A stretch of 64,000 bases of DNA. It comes from Octopus sinensis (taxonomy: Eukaryota). Within the stretch, counting starts at the first letter, position 1. Every line of letters begins with the position of its first letter. Both the position numbers and the translations under genes were made by a program. The stretch covers positions 19,096,001 through 19,160,000 of the forward strand of contig NC_043023.1 of NCBI RefSeq assembly GCF_006345805.1. The letters are read 5' to 3'. The notes beneath the pieces were generated by a model. That model saw only the letters and a program-made list of their open reading frames with translations, had not been told where the DNA came from and made no database searches. Shown here in pieces: positions 36,877 to 49,347 of this stretch.

Positions 36877-39343
36877 CTGCAAAAGATGAACAAGAAAACA
36901 TATACTTTTTGTATTTAAGCAAAGATAGTAATATCAATAAGGCTGAACCCTTTTGATCCCAACCTGCTCAAAACCACCCTTGTTTTTATTGTATGAATTC
37001 CCTGTTTTGAAGAGATCTAAAGTAAAACCTTCCATCAAGGCTTCAAATAAACTTGTGTTCCAAACACTAGCTTAGTAAGGACGAGGTTATTTCATTGAAT
37101 TCTTTACTATTTCCAAAATTTATTGAAACAAAGGCAATGCATTTCAGCAGAAATATGGTAAGAAAAGGATTAACACACACAATTATCTTAAGACTATTAT
37201 GTCTAACTGATTAAATGACCCCCTTCAGATCAGTCCATCATTTAGAAAGGTTACGTAGTATTAACAAGGGGGACTGACTTCTCAACACAAAAAATGGATG
37301 GTCAACAGATCAGTCCATCATTTACCAGGGGCAGCATATACATTTACCCGTTATTTAAGCATAATTAATTTCCTCGTTATTCAAACAGAAACTGAAACTT
37401 TCTTGTTTATTAAATTAGATGCAAACTCTGCATGAGGCTTCCTAACATTTTTGTGTAATTAAATTTTGTGTATTGGTGTAATTTTTCATGCTGAATCTTA
37501 GGAGATAATTCACTTTTTCCACAAAAATATTAAAATAAGCTTCAGGGCTTTAAAGTTTGATCATTTTTACCCAGTCAGAAAACGGGATTTGGAAGCTGTC
37601 ATTTTGTGCATGGCTGCACATGTTGTGAACTGTAAACAAATGAAATATTGTTGGAATTCTGCTTTATGTATCCCATAAAACCCCTTAAGACATTTTTATT
37701 TTTATTTTTTGGAATCTTCAGAAAATTTTAGTGAATTTGCATTCTACACACAAAAATTCATACAGTTATGCAAACACAAAACAAAATGCATGATTTGAGA
37801 CCTATTTAGCTGTTATTTTTAGCACATCTGATGATCACTTCATACTGCATATGTTTTAAGCATTTGAAAACAGAGAAAAAGAACACATGGTAAGCAACTT
37901 GGCTTGTTGTTATGGAAACAAAAATTGTAGATATTGAAGTGAAAGCCAAGCAGAAATGATCTTAGTTTTACTAATTAATTAAACGACTTCAGTCTAACTT
38001 CACAGGAATTTAGTTTACATCACAGGTAATGGTCGAGCCTGATAAGGTACGATTTTTGACAAGGATTTACGATTGTTTACACAGCAATAAGATTTTTTTT
38101 TCAACAAGTTTCTTCCTACCACTTAGTCTTTCAAATTTTCACCTGATTACTTTTAAAAAAATATAGTTCTGATGTAGTTTTGGATACTGATAATGAAAAT
38201 CACAATCATTATTTCTAAAAACAAATAATAAAAAAGTTACATGCACTTAAAGTTAAGTAATTTTAGCCAATCGAAATCATCCATTGTTCACATATTGCTA
38301 TTGCCATGGAGATTAACACAAACATAACTATTATGTGGTCTCTTGACTTGTTAGAAATAGCTTTCAGAAAAAAATCACATTTTTTGGCAGAAAATTTTGT
38401 CACATCAAATTCCAGTATAAAAAGAATCTACACCATCTGAAGTGGATTTGTAGAAAATTTCCTTAAAAAATATAGACTTTTGTGAAAGTCATTGGAGCAT
38501 TCATGTGTAGATGTGCCCCAGGTATTGTCCCTGGGTGGTTACTATGTGTCATGGTGCATGCATTACCTGAATATCCATAATAAAAATAAATTGTATTCAA
38601 TTATAATCACAGACATATGTGTGTATGGGGGAAGGGGTCTTTGTGTCTGTGTTTGTCCTCCCTCCCCACTACTTGACAACAGGTGTTGGTGGGTTTATGT
38701 CCCTGTAACTTAGCAGTTTCGCAAAAGAGATCAAAAGAATAAGTACAAGGCTTCAATAACAAAAAATTTCTTCCAGGCAGTGCCCCAGTATGGCCATAAA
38801 TTGGGAGTGAAATGTGTTGATAACAATTAGCAACAAGTAGGAAACTACCTGGAGGGTGATCTTTCTGAGGTGGAAACTGTGTGGAAGCCCCTGGTCTATG
38901 TGTGTGTGTGTCTTTGTGTTTGTACCCCCCACCACTTGAGCAGGGTTTTTGAAAAGATGAGGCTAAACCAATGATGATGATGAAGGTGTATATAATATGG
39001 AAGGAATTTAGTAGAAACCAAATATGCTAATGACTTGACTTGACAGCATTCACCCGGGGTGGGCTGAGCTGGCTTCATTCATCCTCAATGCTGCATCTCT
39101 CACAAACGCTGACCAGACCTGGCGATTTGAGGCTCACGACCATGTGATCTCCAACCACTCCTTATTCCAGCAGCAAATGCCATAGATGTGGGGGCCTAGG
39201 TTGGGTTCCAGATCAGCCTTGACTGTCATCAGCCAGGTTTTTCGTTGTCCAATACCCTTCAAATATTCCTCATGTATATCGCAAAATATGCTAAAGCAAT
39301 CATTGAAATTCTATAAGAAAAAAAATCACAAAACATAGCATTC

Positions 39344-39543
39344 TTACGCTGTAGCCGGTGGATTCTTGTATCTCTTGCGAGATATCCACTTGTTGACACG
39401 GTTCCTGATCCAAATGAAAGGTTGGCATTTGAATATGATACAGAAGATTATGAAGATGGCTACAAGACCAAGTACAGAAATGACGACATAGATATGTATG
39501 CTGGTTCTTGATCCATTAGCTTCCAAACCTTTTGTTTCTTCAT
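39344..39543 (-). CDS. Terminal exon: stalk, transmembrane helix and basic cytoplasmic tail of a type-I membrane protein
   Basis: Acceptor TTCATCTTTTGCAG, phase 1; (D)EETKGLEANGSRTSIHIYVVISVLGLVAIFIIFCIIFKCQPFIWIRNRVNKWISRKRYKNPPATA*. Confidence 0.85.
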
Positions 39544-40246
39544 CTGCAAAAGATGAACAAGAAAACATATACTTTTTGTTTTTAAGCAAAGATAGTAATA
39601 TCAATAAGGCTGAACCCTTTTGATCCCAACCTGCTCAAAACCACCCTTGTTTTTATTGTACGAATTCCCTGTTTTAAAGAGATCTAAAGTAAAACCTTCC
39701 ATCAAGGCTTCAAATAAACTTGTGTTCCAAACACTAGCTTAGTAAGGACGAGGTTATTTCATTGAATTCTTTACTATTTCCAAAATTTATTGAAACAAAG
39801 GCAATGCATTTCAACAGAAATATGGTAAGAAAAGGATTAACACACACAATTATCTTAAGACTATTATGTCTAACTGATTAAATGACCCCCTTCAGATCAG
39901 TCCATCATTTAGAAAGGTTACGTAGCATTAACAAGGGGGACTGACTTTTCAACACAAAAGTGGATGGTCAACAGATGAGTCCATCATTTACCAGGGGCAG
40001 CATATACATTTACCCGTTATTTAAGCATAATTAATTTCCTCGTTATTGAAATAGAAACTGAAACTTTCTTATTTATTAAATTAGATGCAAACTCTGCACG
40101 AGGCTTCCTAACATTCTTGTGTAATTAAATTTGGTGGCTCAAACAAAATGTTAACAAATTCTAGCATTGAAAATGGCAGGTGTAAAGAATTGTGAGGTGA
40201 GATAATATTGAGGGTTACGGGGAAGGCAAAAGGGGGTCATTTCAAA

Positions 40247-40642
40247 TCTTTATATATAAATGTGAAGTTGTGTGTCTGTCTCCTACGATTTAGATTCCTA
40301 ACTACTCCCACATTTTGCGGTGCAGTGTAACCAAAAGCAGGTATCTTATAGTCGTGATTCATATCGAGCCCTTCTGGTTATTAGCGCGTGTCTACGATGA
40401 GTCTACGATTTAAAAAAAAATATTACCATCATTTTTTCCCATTTTTAATGCATTATTTTGCTATTATACAAGGGAAGTAACTCTCTAAAAATCGATTATT
40501 AAATCTCAGAACATAAAAAGCTACAGTAACACCCCTCTTTCTGGTTAGCCATATTGAGATGGCTATTATACTTTACATCTCTAAAACTGCTTATATAGTT
40601 ATTTCCCTTACAAACCCGAGCAACGCCGGGCGATACTGCTAG
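40247..40642 (+). mobile_element. Non-autonomous Helitron
   Basis: A|TCTTTATATATAAA...CCCGAGCAACGCCGGG...CTAG|T. Confidence 0.9.
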
Positions 40643-40772
40643 TTGTAAATATATCTGTAAAATAAATATAACCATTATCCTATAAGCTTTCATTAAGCAA
40701 AACGTAAATCTGATGCTAAAATAGATAATTAGTAAATATATATCCTGCAACTGATAGAAGGATTATACAGAA

Positions 40773-41145
40773 CTAGCATTATCGCCTGGCGTTGCTCGGG
40801 TTTGTAAGGGAAATAACTATAAAGCATTTTTAGAGAGTTATAGCCAAAAAATAGAAAAAAAATGAAGGTAAATTTTTTTTGAGAGTTAAAACGGTCGAGT
40901 TGCGTCCCCTAGACAGTCTGTGGTTTGTGTTTCTGATTCTCGACCCCATGTCGAATTTATCGATTTTTTTCAGAACTGGGGGAACTTTTCAAAATTTTCT
41001 CTGCGTTAGTTTTGAATTATGACATTGGGCTATGTGTGTGTCAAGTTTCATCAGAATCAGTTGAAAGCCGTGGTCAGGGTGAGGGTACAACCTGACAGAC
41101 ACACAGAAACACACACAGACAAACTGCCGTTTATATAGAGAGAGA
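40773..41145 (-). mobile_element. Non-autonomous Helitron (same subfamily as 2369-2752)
   Basis: Same termini and internal sequence. Confidence 0.88.
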
Positions 41146-41388
41146 TTGGTAAAGACATTGGTTTATGTCAATTTTTGCTCTTAATAATATTTTTCTCTTT
41201 GAATTCTTCTTTCACAAACTAGAAAATGCCAAATCCTTTCTATAACAATTAAATAGTACAACAGACAGACGATCCTCAAGAACGAAGCTAATTAATCCAT
41301 TCAGTCAACTACAAATATATCCCACCAAGGGTCATAATGAAAACTTCTTAACAGGAAAACAAAAAAAAACTAATTCAGAAGAAACTTT

Positions 41389-42347
41389 GGATCTTTTCGG
41401 TTTGAACGGCAGTTTTTTCGAGCGGTGTCATATGAAATTGTCACCCATAATTATGACCCTAGTATCGATCCATTGCATTTCAATCTGTTTTAGGGTTAGG
41501 GGTGGGGGGAAGGGTATCTTTTTTTCTACAGAAATGTAAATAAACCCAATCTGTTTCTTAAACGAGGGACATATTCATACGGCACAGAATGTTTTTTTTT
41601 TACCTCAATAGACGTGATTGATTGGTTGAAATTGCAGAAATTGAAGAAAAAAAACAACAAATATCTTACAAACAATAGAATTTTCTCAATAAAGCCAAGA
41701 GAAAAAGATATTTTATAAACACATTCTACCAGTATACGAAGTTTAAAAGTGTTCAGTTATGTGGAAATTAATTAAAAAAACTGCCGGTCAAACCGCAAAG
41801 ATCCTATTTCTTAAATGAGGGACATATTCATACGGTGCAGAATGATTTTTTACGTCAATAGATGTGATTGATTGGTTGAAATTGCAGAAATTGAAGAAAA
41901 AAAACAACAAATATCTTACAAACTAGAGAATTTTCTCAATAAAGCCAAGAGAAAAAGATGTTTTATAAACACATTCTACCAGTATACGAAGTTTAAAAGT
42001 GTTTAGTTACCTGGAAATTATGTTAAAAGAACTGCCGGTCAAACCGAAAAGACCCAAATCTCTTACAAACTATAGAATTTTCTCAATAAAGCCAAGAGAA
42101 AAAGATGTTTTATAAACACATTCTACCAGTATACGAAGTTTAAAAGTGTTTAGTTACGTGGAAATTATTTTTAAAAACTGCTGTTCAAACCGACAAGACC
42201 CAAATATCTTACAAACTATAGAATTTTCTCAATAAAACCAAGAGAATAAGATGTTTTATAAACACATTCTACCAGTATACGAAGTTTAAAAGTGTTTAGT
42301 TACCTGGAAATTATGTTAAAAAACTGCCGGTCAAATGGAAAAGATCC
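41389..42347. mobile_element. GGATC-TIR MITE with four tandem right ends
   Basis: AACTGCCGGTCAAACCGAAAAGA-like ends at about 41806, 42055, 42200 and 42347. Confidence 0.82.
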
Positions 42348-42718
42348 AAAATTTTTGTAATTGTTCAGTTACAAACTGTGATTTTGATTAAGTATTAGAA
42401 AAATATTTGCATGATGATGATGACAACGGGGGGGGAGGGGCAACGGCAGCGCGTGAGCTGCCAGAATCCTTTTTATGCTGGATGAAATGCTTAGCAGTTT
42501 TTCAGCTGTTGTCACATTCTGAGTTCAAACTCCACCAAGGTCTTTCATCCTTTCAGGGTCGATAAATTAAGTACCCATTAAACACTGAGGACAAAGTAAT
42601 TGTCCCCGCTCCACAAAATTCAGGCCTTGTACCTATGGCAAGGGTCTTACTATCATCATCATCATCATCGAAGGTGTGAGCTGACAGAACTATTACTGCA
42701 CCAGAAAAAAGGTCCTGT

Positions 42719-43406
42719 GGCGAGCTGGCAGAAACATTAGCACGCCGGGCAAAATGCATAGCCGTGTTTTGTCTGCCGTTATGTTCTGAGTTCAAATTCC
42801 GCCAAGGTGGACTTTGCCTTTCATGCTTTCGGGGTCGATAAATTAAGTACCAGTTACACACTGGGGTTGATGTAATCAGCTTAATACCTATGTCTGTCCT
42901 TGTTTGTCCCCTCTGTCTTTTAGGCCCTTGTGGGTAGTAAAGAAATAGGTATTTCGTCTGCCGCTACATTCATCATCATCATCATCGTTTAACGTCCGTT
43001 TTCTGCGCTAGCACAGGTTGGATGGTTCGACCAGGACCTGGGAAGCCAGGGGCTGCACCAGGCTCCAGTCTGATCTGGCAGTGTTTCTACAGCTGGATGC
43101 CCTTCCTAACGCCAACCACTCTGCGAGTGTAGTGGGTGCTTTTTACGTGCCACCAGCACAGGTGCCAGGGGAGTCTGGCATCGGCCACGATCGGTTGGTG
43201 CTTTTAACGTGCCAAGGCGGCGCTGGCATCGGCCAATTCTGAGTTCAAATTCCGCCAAGGTGGACTTTGCCTTTCATCCTTTCGGGGTCGATAAATTAAG
43301 TGCCAGTTACGCATTGGAGTTGATGTAATCAGCTTAATACCTATGTCTGTCCTTGTTTGTCCCCTCTGTCTTTTAAGCCCTTGTGGGTAGTAAAGAAATA
43401 GGTATT
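42719..43406 (+). mobile_element. SINE family B (head GGCGAGCTGGCAGAA; core GACTTTGCCTTTCATCCTTTCGGGGTCGATAAA) with an RTE-tail element inserted at about 42971-43232
   Basis: Two core-tail units separated by a minus-strand (GAT)n-tailed element. Confidence 0.8.
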
Positions 43407-43606
43407 TTTTTTTTACCCATTAACCCCTGAGTTCAAATACTGCTAAGGTCAGCTTTGCCTTTCATTCCTTTGGGGTTGATGAAATAAAGGACCGACTAAA
43501 TATACTCAAATTAATGGAATTGAGGAACCTCTTCCACATGAAATTCCTGACCTTGCACCAAAATTAGAATTATTATTGTTATTATTAGCAAAAGCGATTT
43601 CCTTAC

Positions 43607-43855
43607 CTTTCATCACCAAAGTATAACTTTCTGAGCAGAAATAGTAGTCACAAAAACTCCAAGTCAAATCTTGTTCAGTGACATTATGGATCAAAAGAGT
43701 TGAGCTGTTACCCTTGTAATGAACTTCATAATTTCCTTTATTCTCACAAGTATCTACACATTGAAGATAATTAAACTCGTTAACCCACAAAACTGGTGTT
43801 CCAATCAAGCTTGATTCGATATGAATAGTAGCATTTTTTCCTAATACAACTGGTG
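43607..43855 (-). CDS. Ig-like domain exon B
   Basis: Acceptor TTTTTATTTCAG, donor G|GTAAGG, 249 nt, phase 1-1; (A)PVVLGKNATIHIESSLIGTPVLWVNEFNYLQCVDTCENKGNYEVHYKGNSSTLLIHNVTEQDLTWSFCDYYFCSESYTLVMK; three N-glycosylation sequons. Confidence 0.85.
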
Positions 43856-44077
43856 CTGAAATAAAAAGGTAAAAGTCAATATTATTGATTTGTTTCCCAT
43901 ATGAAAGATTTCTGTTTTTTTTGTTATTTTTCATCATCATCGCCAATTTAACATTTATTTTTCCCTACTTGGGATCAGAGTTTTCTTTGTGCACAATTGG
44001 ATGCACTTCCTGTCCTAATAGGTACTCGGACTGCATAGGCAGTCCAATATCGCCTCCGCAGGTGGCTGCGGAGGTAA

Positions 44078-44372
44078 TCTTTATATATAAAACTAAAGTT
44101 GTGTGTGTGTCTGTCTACTCCGATTTAGATTCCTAACTACTCCCACATTTTGCGGTGCAGTTTAACCAAAAGCGGGTATCTTATAGTCATGATTCATATC
44201 GAGCCCTTCTGGGTTTTAGCGCGTGTCTACGATGAGTCTACGATTTAAAAAAAAAATTTACGTTCATTTTTCCGCATTATTAACGCATTGTTGCTCAGTT
44301 TATGTAAGGGAAGTAACTCTCTAAAAATGCTTATATAGTTATTTCCCTTACAATGCCGAGCGATACTATTAG
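44078..44372 (+). mobile_element. Non-autonomous Helitron, degenerate 3' end
   Basis: TCTTTATATATAAAA start; matches 40247-40642. Confidence 0.8.
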
Positions 44373-44884
44373 TAGAACATAAAATTCTATCAAGGGTCAT
44401 AGCGACCTTTGACAAGAAAGAGTTTGCTTTCCTCTTCACGGGCCCCAACTTGTCGGTGCAGAGTTGTCTGCAGGTGGCAAGGCAACTTGCTTGGGGGCTC
44501 CGATGAGGAGGATTCACCTTATTTCTATTGATATTTTTGTATTCGAGGGCTTGTTGTGTTCAATTGGATGTTCTTCCTGTCCTAATATCCCAGTTTGTTG
44601 AATAACAAAGAGCCTGGACATGCTTTACCTAGTAAACTGGAAACAAACGACCCCATATAAACGAGCCTTTTGTTTACTAAGATTGTGCAGAGTAAGATAC
44701 ACCCTTGTCACCCATAAAGTTAATCAAGTTGTACAGAAATTTCTATGCCACTGAAACCAGGAAACTGGCCCTTATGAGCCTGGCATCGCTTGAGAAGGAA
44801 ATCAAGTTGTAGTCAGATGTTACAAGCATAAAGGAGAGGCCTTAAATGTGATTGACCAGGTCAAGAAAGTTATAATTAATTAGA

Positions 44885-45123
44885 AACAGAATTAGACTTG
44901 ATGAGATGCAGTTTGATTTTCTGCCAGGAAGAAGGACTACTGCTGCCATCTACTGAGTAAAACAACTTCAGATGTATTTAGCTAAAAAATAAACCATTTC
45001 ACTTGGCATTTGTTGACTTGGAGACAGCTTTTGACAGGATATGGAGATCTCTGAGGAAGCTAGGAGTTGACAAATGGCTTGTGAGGGCTGGATACGCCAT
45101 GTATAGGGGTGCTGTAAGAGTTA
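44885..45123 (+). pseudogene. RTE-clade RT fragment
   Basis: DEMQFDFLPGRRTT..., LAFVDLETAFDR, SLRKLGVDKWLVR. Confidence 0.82.
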
Positions 45124-45137
45124 ATACAGCAGACGAA

Positions 45138-45554
45138 GGTGACGAGCTGGCAGAACCGTTAGCATGCCGGGCGAAATACCTAGCTGTATTTCGTTTGCCG
45201 TTACGTTGTGAGTTCAAATTCCGCCGAGGTCGACTTTGCCTTTCATCATTTCGGGGTCAATAAATTCAGTACCAGTTACGCACTGGGGTCAATATAATCG
45301 ACTTAATACCTTTCTCTGTCCTTGTTTGTCCCTTCTGTGTTTAGCCTCTTGTGGGTAATAAAGAAATAGGTATTTCGTCTGCCGTTATGTTCTGAGTTCA
45401 AATTCCACCAAGGTCAACTTTGCCTTTAATCCTTTCGGGGTCGATAAATTAAGTACCAGTTACACACTGGGGTTGATGTAATCGACTTAATTTGTTTGTC
45501 TGTCCTTGTTTGTCCCCCCTGTGTTTAGCCCCTTGTGGGTAATAAAAAGAAATA
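45138..45554 (+). mobile_element. SINE family B with two tandem core-tail units
   Basis: Head at 45138, units of about 175 bp. Confidence 0.85.
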
Positions 45555-45882
45555 AATACAGCAGTGAATTTAAGTTCCGGTAAGATTTCACCGAGGTTCC
45601 GTTCTCAGTACCTTCCTATTCATCAGTGTGCAGGCACATGGCCTAGTGGCTAGAGTTGGGGACACACAGTCGAGGGATCACGGGTTCGAATCTCAGACTG
45701 GGCGATGTATGTGTTTATGAGCAAAACACCTAAGCTCCACGTTGCTCTGGCAGAAGGTAATGGCAAACTGATCAGAAAAGCAAATAAAAAAGTAACCAAA
45801 AACTCTGAGTTAAGGGAAAGAAACAGAAGACAGAATTGGAAAGACAGTGTCTAGCGTAAAAGGAGTCTGTAAATCCATTTAC

Positions 45883-45921
45883 CATTTTGGGTTATCTTAT
45901 AAATTTCTATTCTTGTCGAAT
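45883..45921 (-). CDS. 39-nt mini-exon (linker and A-strand of Ig-like domain B)
   Basis: Acceptor TTTTCATCTTTTACAG, donor G|GTAAAT, phase 1-1; STRIEIYKITQN joins in frame to APVVLG. Confidence 0.75.
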
Positions 45922-46039
45922 CTGTAAAAGATGAAAACAAAAAAAGATGACAACAAAGAAAAAAGATGAAAACAAAAAAAGATGTGAACAAAAATTTTTG
46001 AGTTTCAGATTTTACATTCAATCAACAGGATTCATCATC

Positions 46040-48120
46040 ATCATCATCATCATCATCGTTTAACGTCCGTTTTCCATGCTAGCATGGGTTGGACGGTTCA
46101 ACTGGGGTCTGGGAAGCCAGGAGACTGCACCAGGCTCTAATCTGATCAGGCAGTGTTTCTACAGCTGGATGCCCTTCCTAATGCCAACCACTCCGTGAGT
46201 GTAGTGGGTGCTTTTTACGTGCCACCGGCACAGGTGCCAGGCGGGGCTGGCAATGGCCATGATCGGATTGGTGCTTTTTACGTTCCACCAACACAGGTGT
46301 CAGGTGAGGCTGGCAATGGCCATGATCGGATTGGTGCTTTTTACGTGCCACCAACACAGGTGTCAGGTGAGGCTGGCAATGGCCATGATCGGATTGGTGC
46401 TTTTTACGTGCCACCAACACAGGTGCCAGGTGAGGCTGGCAATGGCCATGATCGGATTGGTGCTTTTTACGTGCCACCGGCACAGGTGCCAGGTGAGGCT
46501 GGCAATGGCCATGATCGGATTGGTGCTTTTTACGTGCCACCAGCACAGGTGCCAGGCGAGGCTGGCAATGGCCACGATCGGATTGGTGCTTTTTATGTGC
46601 CACCGGCACAGGTGCCAGGCGAGGCTGGCAATGGCCATGATCGGATTGGTGCTTTTTATGTGCCACCGGCACAGGTGCCAGGCGAGGCTAGCAATAGCCA
46701 TGATCGGATTGGTGCTTTTTACGTGCCACCGGCACAGGTGCCAGGCGAGGCTAGCAATGGCCATGATCGGATTGGTGCTTTTTACGTGCCACCAACACAG
46801 GTGCCAGGCGAGGCTGGCAATGGCCATGATCGGATTGGTGCTTTTTATGTGCCACCGGCACAGGTGCCAGGCGAGGCTGGCAATAGCCATGATCGGATTG
46901 GTGCTTTTTACGTGCCACCGGCACAGGTGCCAGGCGAGGCTAGCAATGGCCATGATCGGATTGGTGCTTTTTACGTGCCACGGCACAGGTGCCAGGTGAG
47001 GCTGGCAATGGCCATGATCGGATTGGTGCTTTTTACGTGCCACCAACACAGGTGCCAGGTGAGGCTGGCAATGGCCATGATCGGATTGGTGCTTTTTACG
47101 TGCCACCAACACAGGTGCCAGGTGAGGCTGGCAATGGCCATGATCGGATTGGTGCTTTTTACGTGCCACCGGCACAGGTGCCAGGTGAGGCTGGCAATGG
47201 CCATGATCGGATTGGTGCTTTTTACGTGCCACCAACACAGGTGCCAGGTGAGGCTGGCAATGGCCATGATCGGATTGGTGCTTTTTACGTGCCACCAACA
47301 CAGGTGCCAGGTGAGGCTGGCAATGGCCATGATCGGATTGGTGCTTTTTACGTGCCACCAACACAGGTGCCAGGTGAGGCTGGCAATGGCCATGATCGGA
47401 TTGGTGCTTTTTACGTGCCACCGGCACAGGTGCCAGGTGAGGCTGGCAATGGCCATGATCGGATTGGTGCTTTTTACGTGCCACCAACACAGGTGCCAGG
47501 TGAGGCTGGCAATGGCCATGATCGGATTGGTGCTTTTTACGTGCCACCAACACAGGTGCCAGGTGAGGCTGGCAATGGCCATGATCGGATTGGTGCTTTT
47601 TACGTGCCACCAACACAGGTGCCAGGTGAGGCTGGCAATGGCCATGATCGGATTGGTGCTTTTTACGTGTCACCAACACAGGTGCCAGGTGAGGCTGGCA
47701 ATGGCCATGATCGGATTGGTGCTTTTTACGTGCCACCAACACAGGTGCCAGGCGAGGCTGGCAATGGCCATGATTGGATTGGTGCTTTTTACGTGCCACC
47801 AACACAGGTGCCAGGCGAGGCTGGCAATGGCCACGATCAGATGGTGCTTTTTAGGTGCCACCAGCACAGGTGCCAGGCGAGGCTGGCAATGGCCATGATT
47901 GGATTGGTGCTTTTTACGTGCCACCAACACAGGTGCCAGGCGAGGCTGGCAATGGCCATGATCGGATTGGTGCTTTTTACGTGCCACCACACAGGTGCCA
48001 GGCGAGGCTGGCAATGGCCATGATTGGATTGGTGCTTTTTACATGCTACCAACACGGAGGCCAGCTGACCCGGCGCTGGCAACGACCACGTTCTGATGGT
48101 CCTCTTACGTGCCACCGGCA
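46040..48120 (-). mobile_element. RTE-tail SINE-like element with a large internal VNTR
   Basis: (CAT)n at 46035-46060 is the reverse complement of the (GAT)n tail; body matches 7490-7660 and 42971-43232. Confidence 0.8.
46210..48045. repeat. 63-bp minisatellite, about 29 copies
   Basis: Unit GTGCCAGGTGAGGCTGGCAATGGCCATGATCGGATTGGTGCTTTTTACGTGCCACCAACACAG; 21-aa periodicity in the ORF track. Confidence 0.95.
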
Positions 48121-48172
48121 CTGGTATCACAACTACAATTTCCAAAAGTATCATTATAATTCATTTCCTTAC

Positions 48173-48417
48173 TGTTTATTTTCAGATGAAATATCCCTCC
48201 TTCGACGTTGTCGTCTAGAATTTCCAAGTCAAACATTTGTTAGTTATTCTCCTCATCCAAAGAGAAGACTTGTTGCCACTCTGACTCACTTGAAATTCAG
48301 TACCTTTGGCACATGATCTATCGCACTCGTATCTCTTATTGCCACAATACCACACAGCCGGTCTCTTCATGTTTTCAATTTCAATAGAGAGGGTGGCACT
48401 TCCTCCGAGTATTTCCC
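48173..48417 (-). CDS. Ig-like domain exon A (245 nt; one base missing near 48215-48222)
   Basis: Acceptor TTTCTTTATTTCAG, donor A|GTAAGG; (G)EILGGSATLSIEIENMKRPAVWYCGNKRYECDRSCAKGTEFQVSQSGNKSSLWMRRITNKCLTWKF, then in the shifted frame DDNVEGGIFHLKIN; clearly homologous to exon B. Confidence 0.8.
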
Positions 48418-48845
48418 CTGAAATAAAGAAATCAAGATGTTTACTTCCTAGTTACATGGGTCCAGGTTCAGTCTCACTTAGTGGCACCTTGGGCAAGGGC
48501 GTGCCACTATAGTCTTAGGACAACCAAGGCCTTGTGAGCAGATTTGGTAGGTGGAAACTGAAAGAAGACTGTCGTGTGTCTGCATGTGTGTGAGTGTGTC
48601 AGTGTATGTGCGTGGTTGTGTGTGTTTCAGCAAAGCAGTTCAGCAAAGGAGACCAACAAAATAAGTTCCAGACTGAGGTCAATTCATTTGACTAAAAATT
48701 CTTCAAGGTAGTGCCCCAGCATGGCCATAGTCTAATGACTGAAACAAGCAAGTGACCATCATGCTTGAATGGATCAGAGTTTTCATTTGTAACAGTAGGA
48801 TGCTCTTCCTGCCACTAACCTCCATCTGTTTCCCAGTCTATAGAT

Positions 48846-49064
48846 CAGTGGTTTTCAACCAGGGTTCCGCAGAACCTTAGGGTTCCACCAGTACAGTCCA
48901 GGGGTTCCGCAAGAAGTTACAATACTGCTAAAATTGGCAGTGATTTTTAATTCTCCTGTGCAGATATGTGTGCATAAGACAATTAAATTATTGCACAGGG
49001 GTTCCTCGAGCCAGTGGAATGTTTCCTTGGGGTTCCGCTCCAGCAAAAAGGTTGAAAAGCCCTG
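48846..49064. mobile_element. hAT-type MITE
   Basis: TIRs CAGTGGTTTTCAACC / GGTTGAAAAGCCCTG; 8-bp TSD CTATAGAT/CTATAGAA. Confidence 0.82.
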
Positions 49065-49347
49065 CTATAGAATAACAAACAGCCTGGATATGTTTTATGC
49101 AGGGAACTGGGAACAAACGACACCGTATAAATGGGCCTTTTGTTTACTAAGATTGTGCAACACAACAAGATTTTGTGGTGAACTTCAAGCAAATGACATC
49201 GCTGGGAAAACCATATTGTTGCAAGTAGCCATCTTTAAATAAGGGGCCAATTTGTGGTGACTGGCAATATGATGTAATGTCGTATTGCCGAAGAAATATC
49301 ATTGTCGTTTTTCCATTGGTTAATATAACTGCTCATATAAGGATTCT

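Noticed and set aside
46153-48023. 581-aa, 480-aa and 344-aa ORFs with a 21-aa repeat
   Set aside because: They arise from the 63-bp VNTR inside a SINE-like element, are open in several frames on both strands and change frame mid-array. This is not a protein gene, and the regular repeats have no spacers, so it is not CRISPR.
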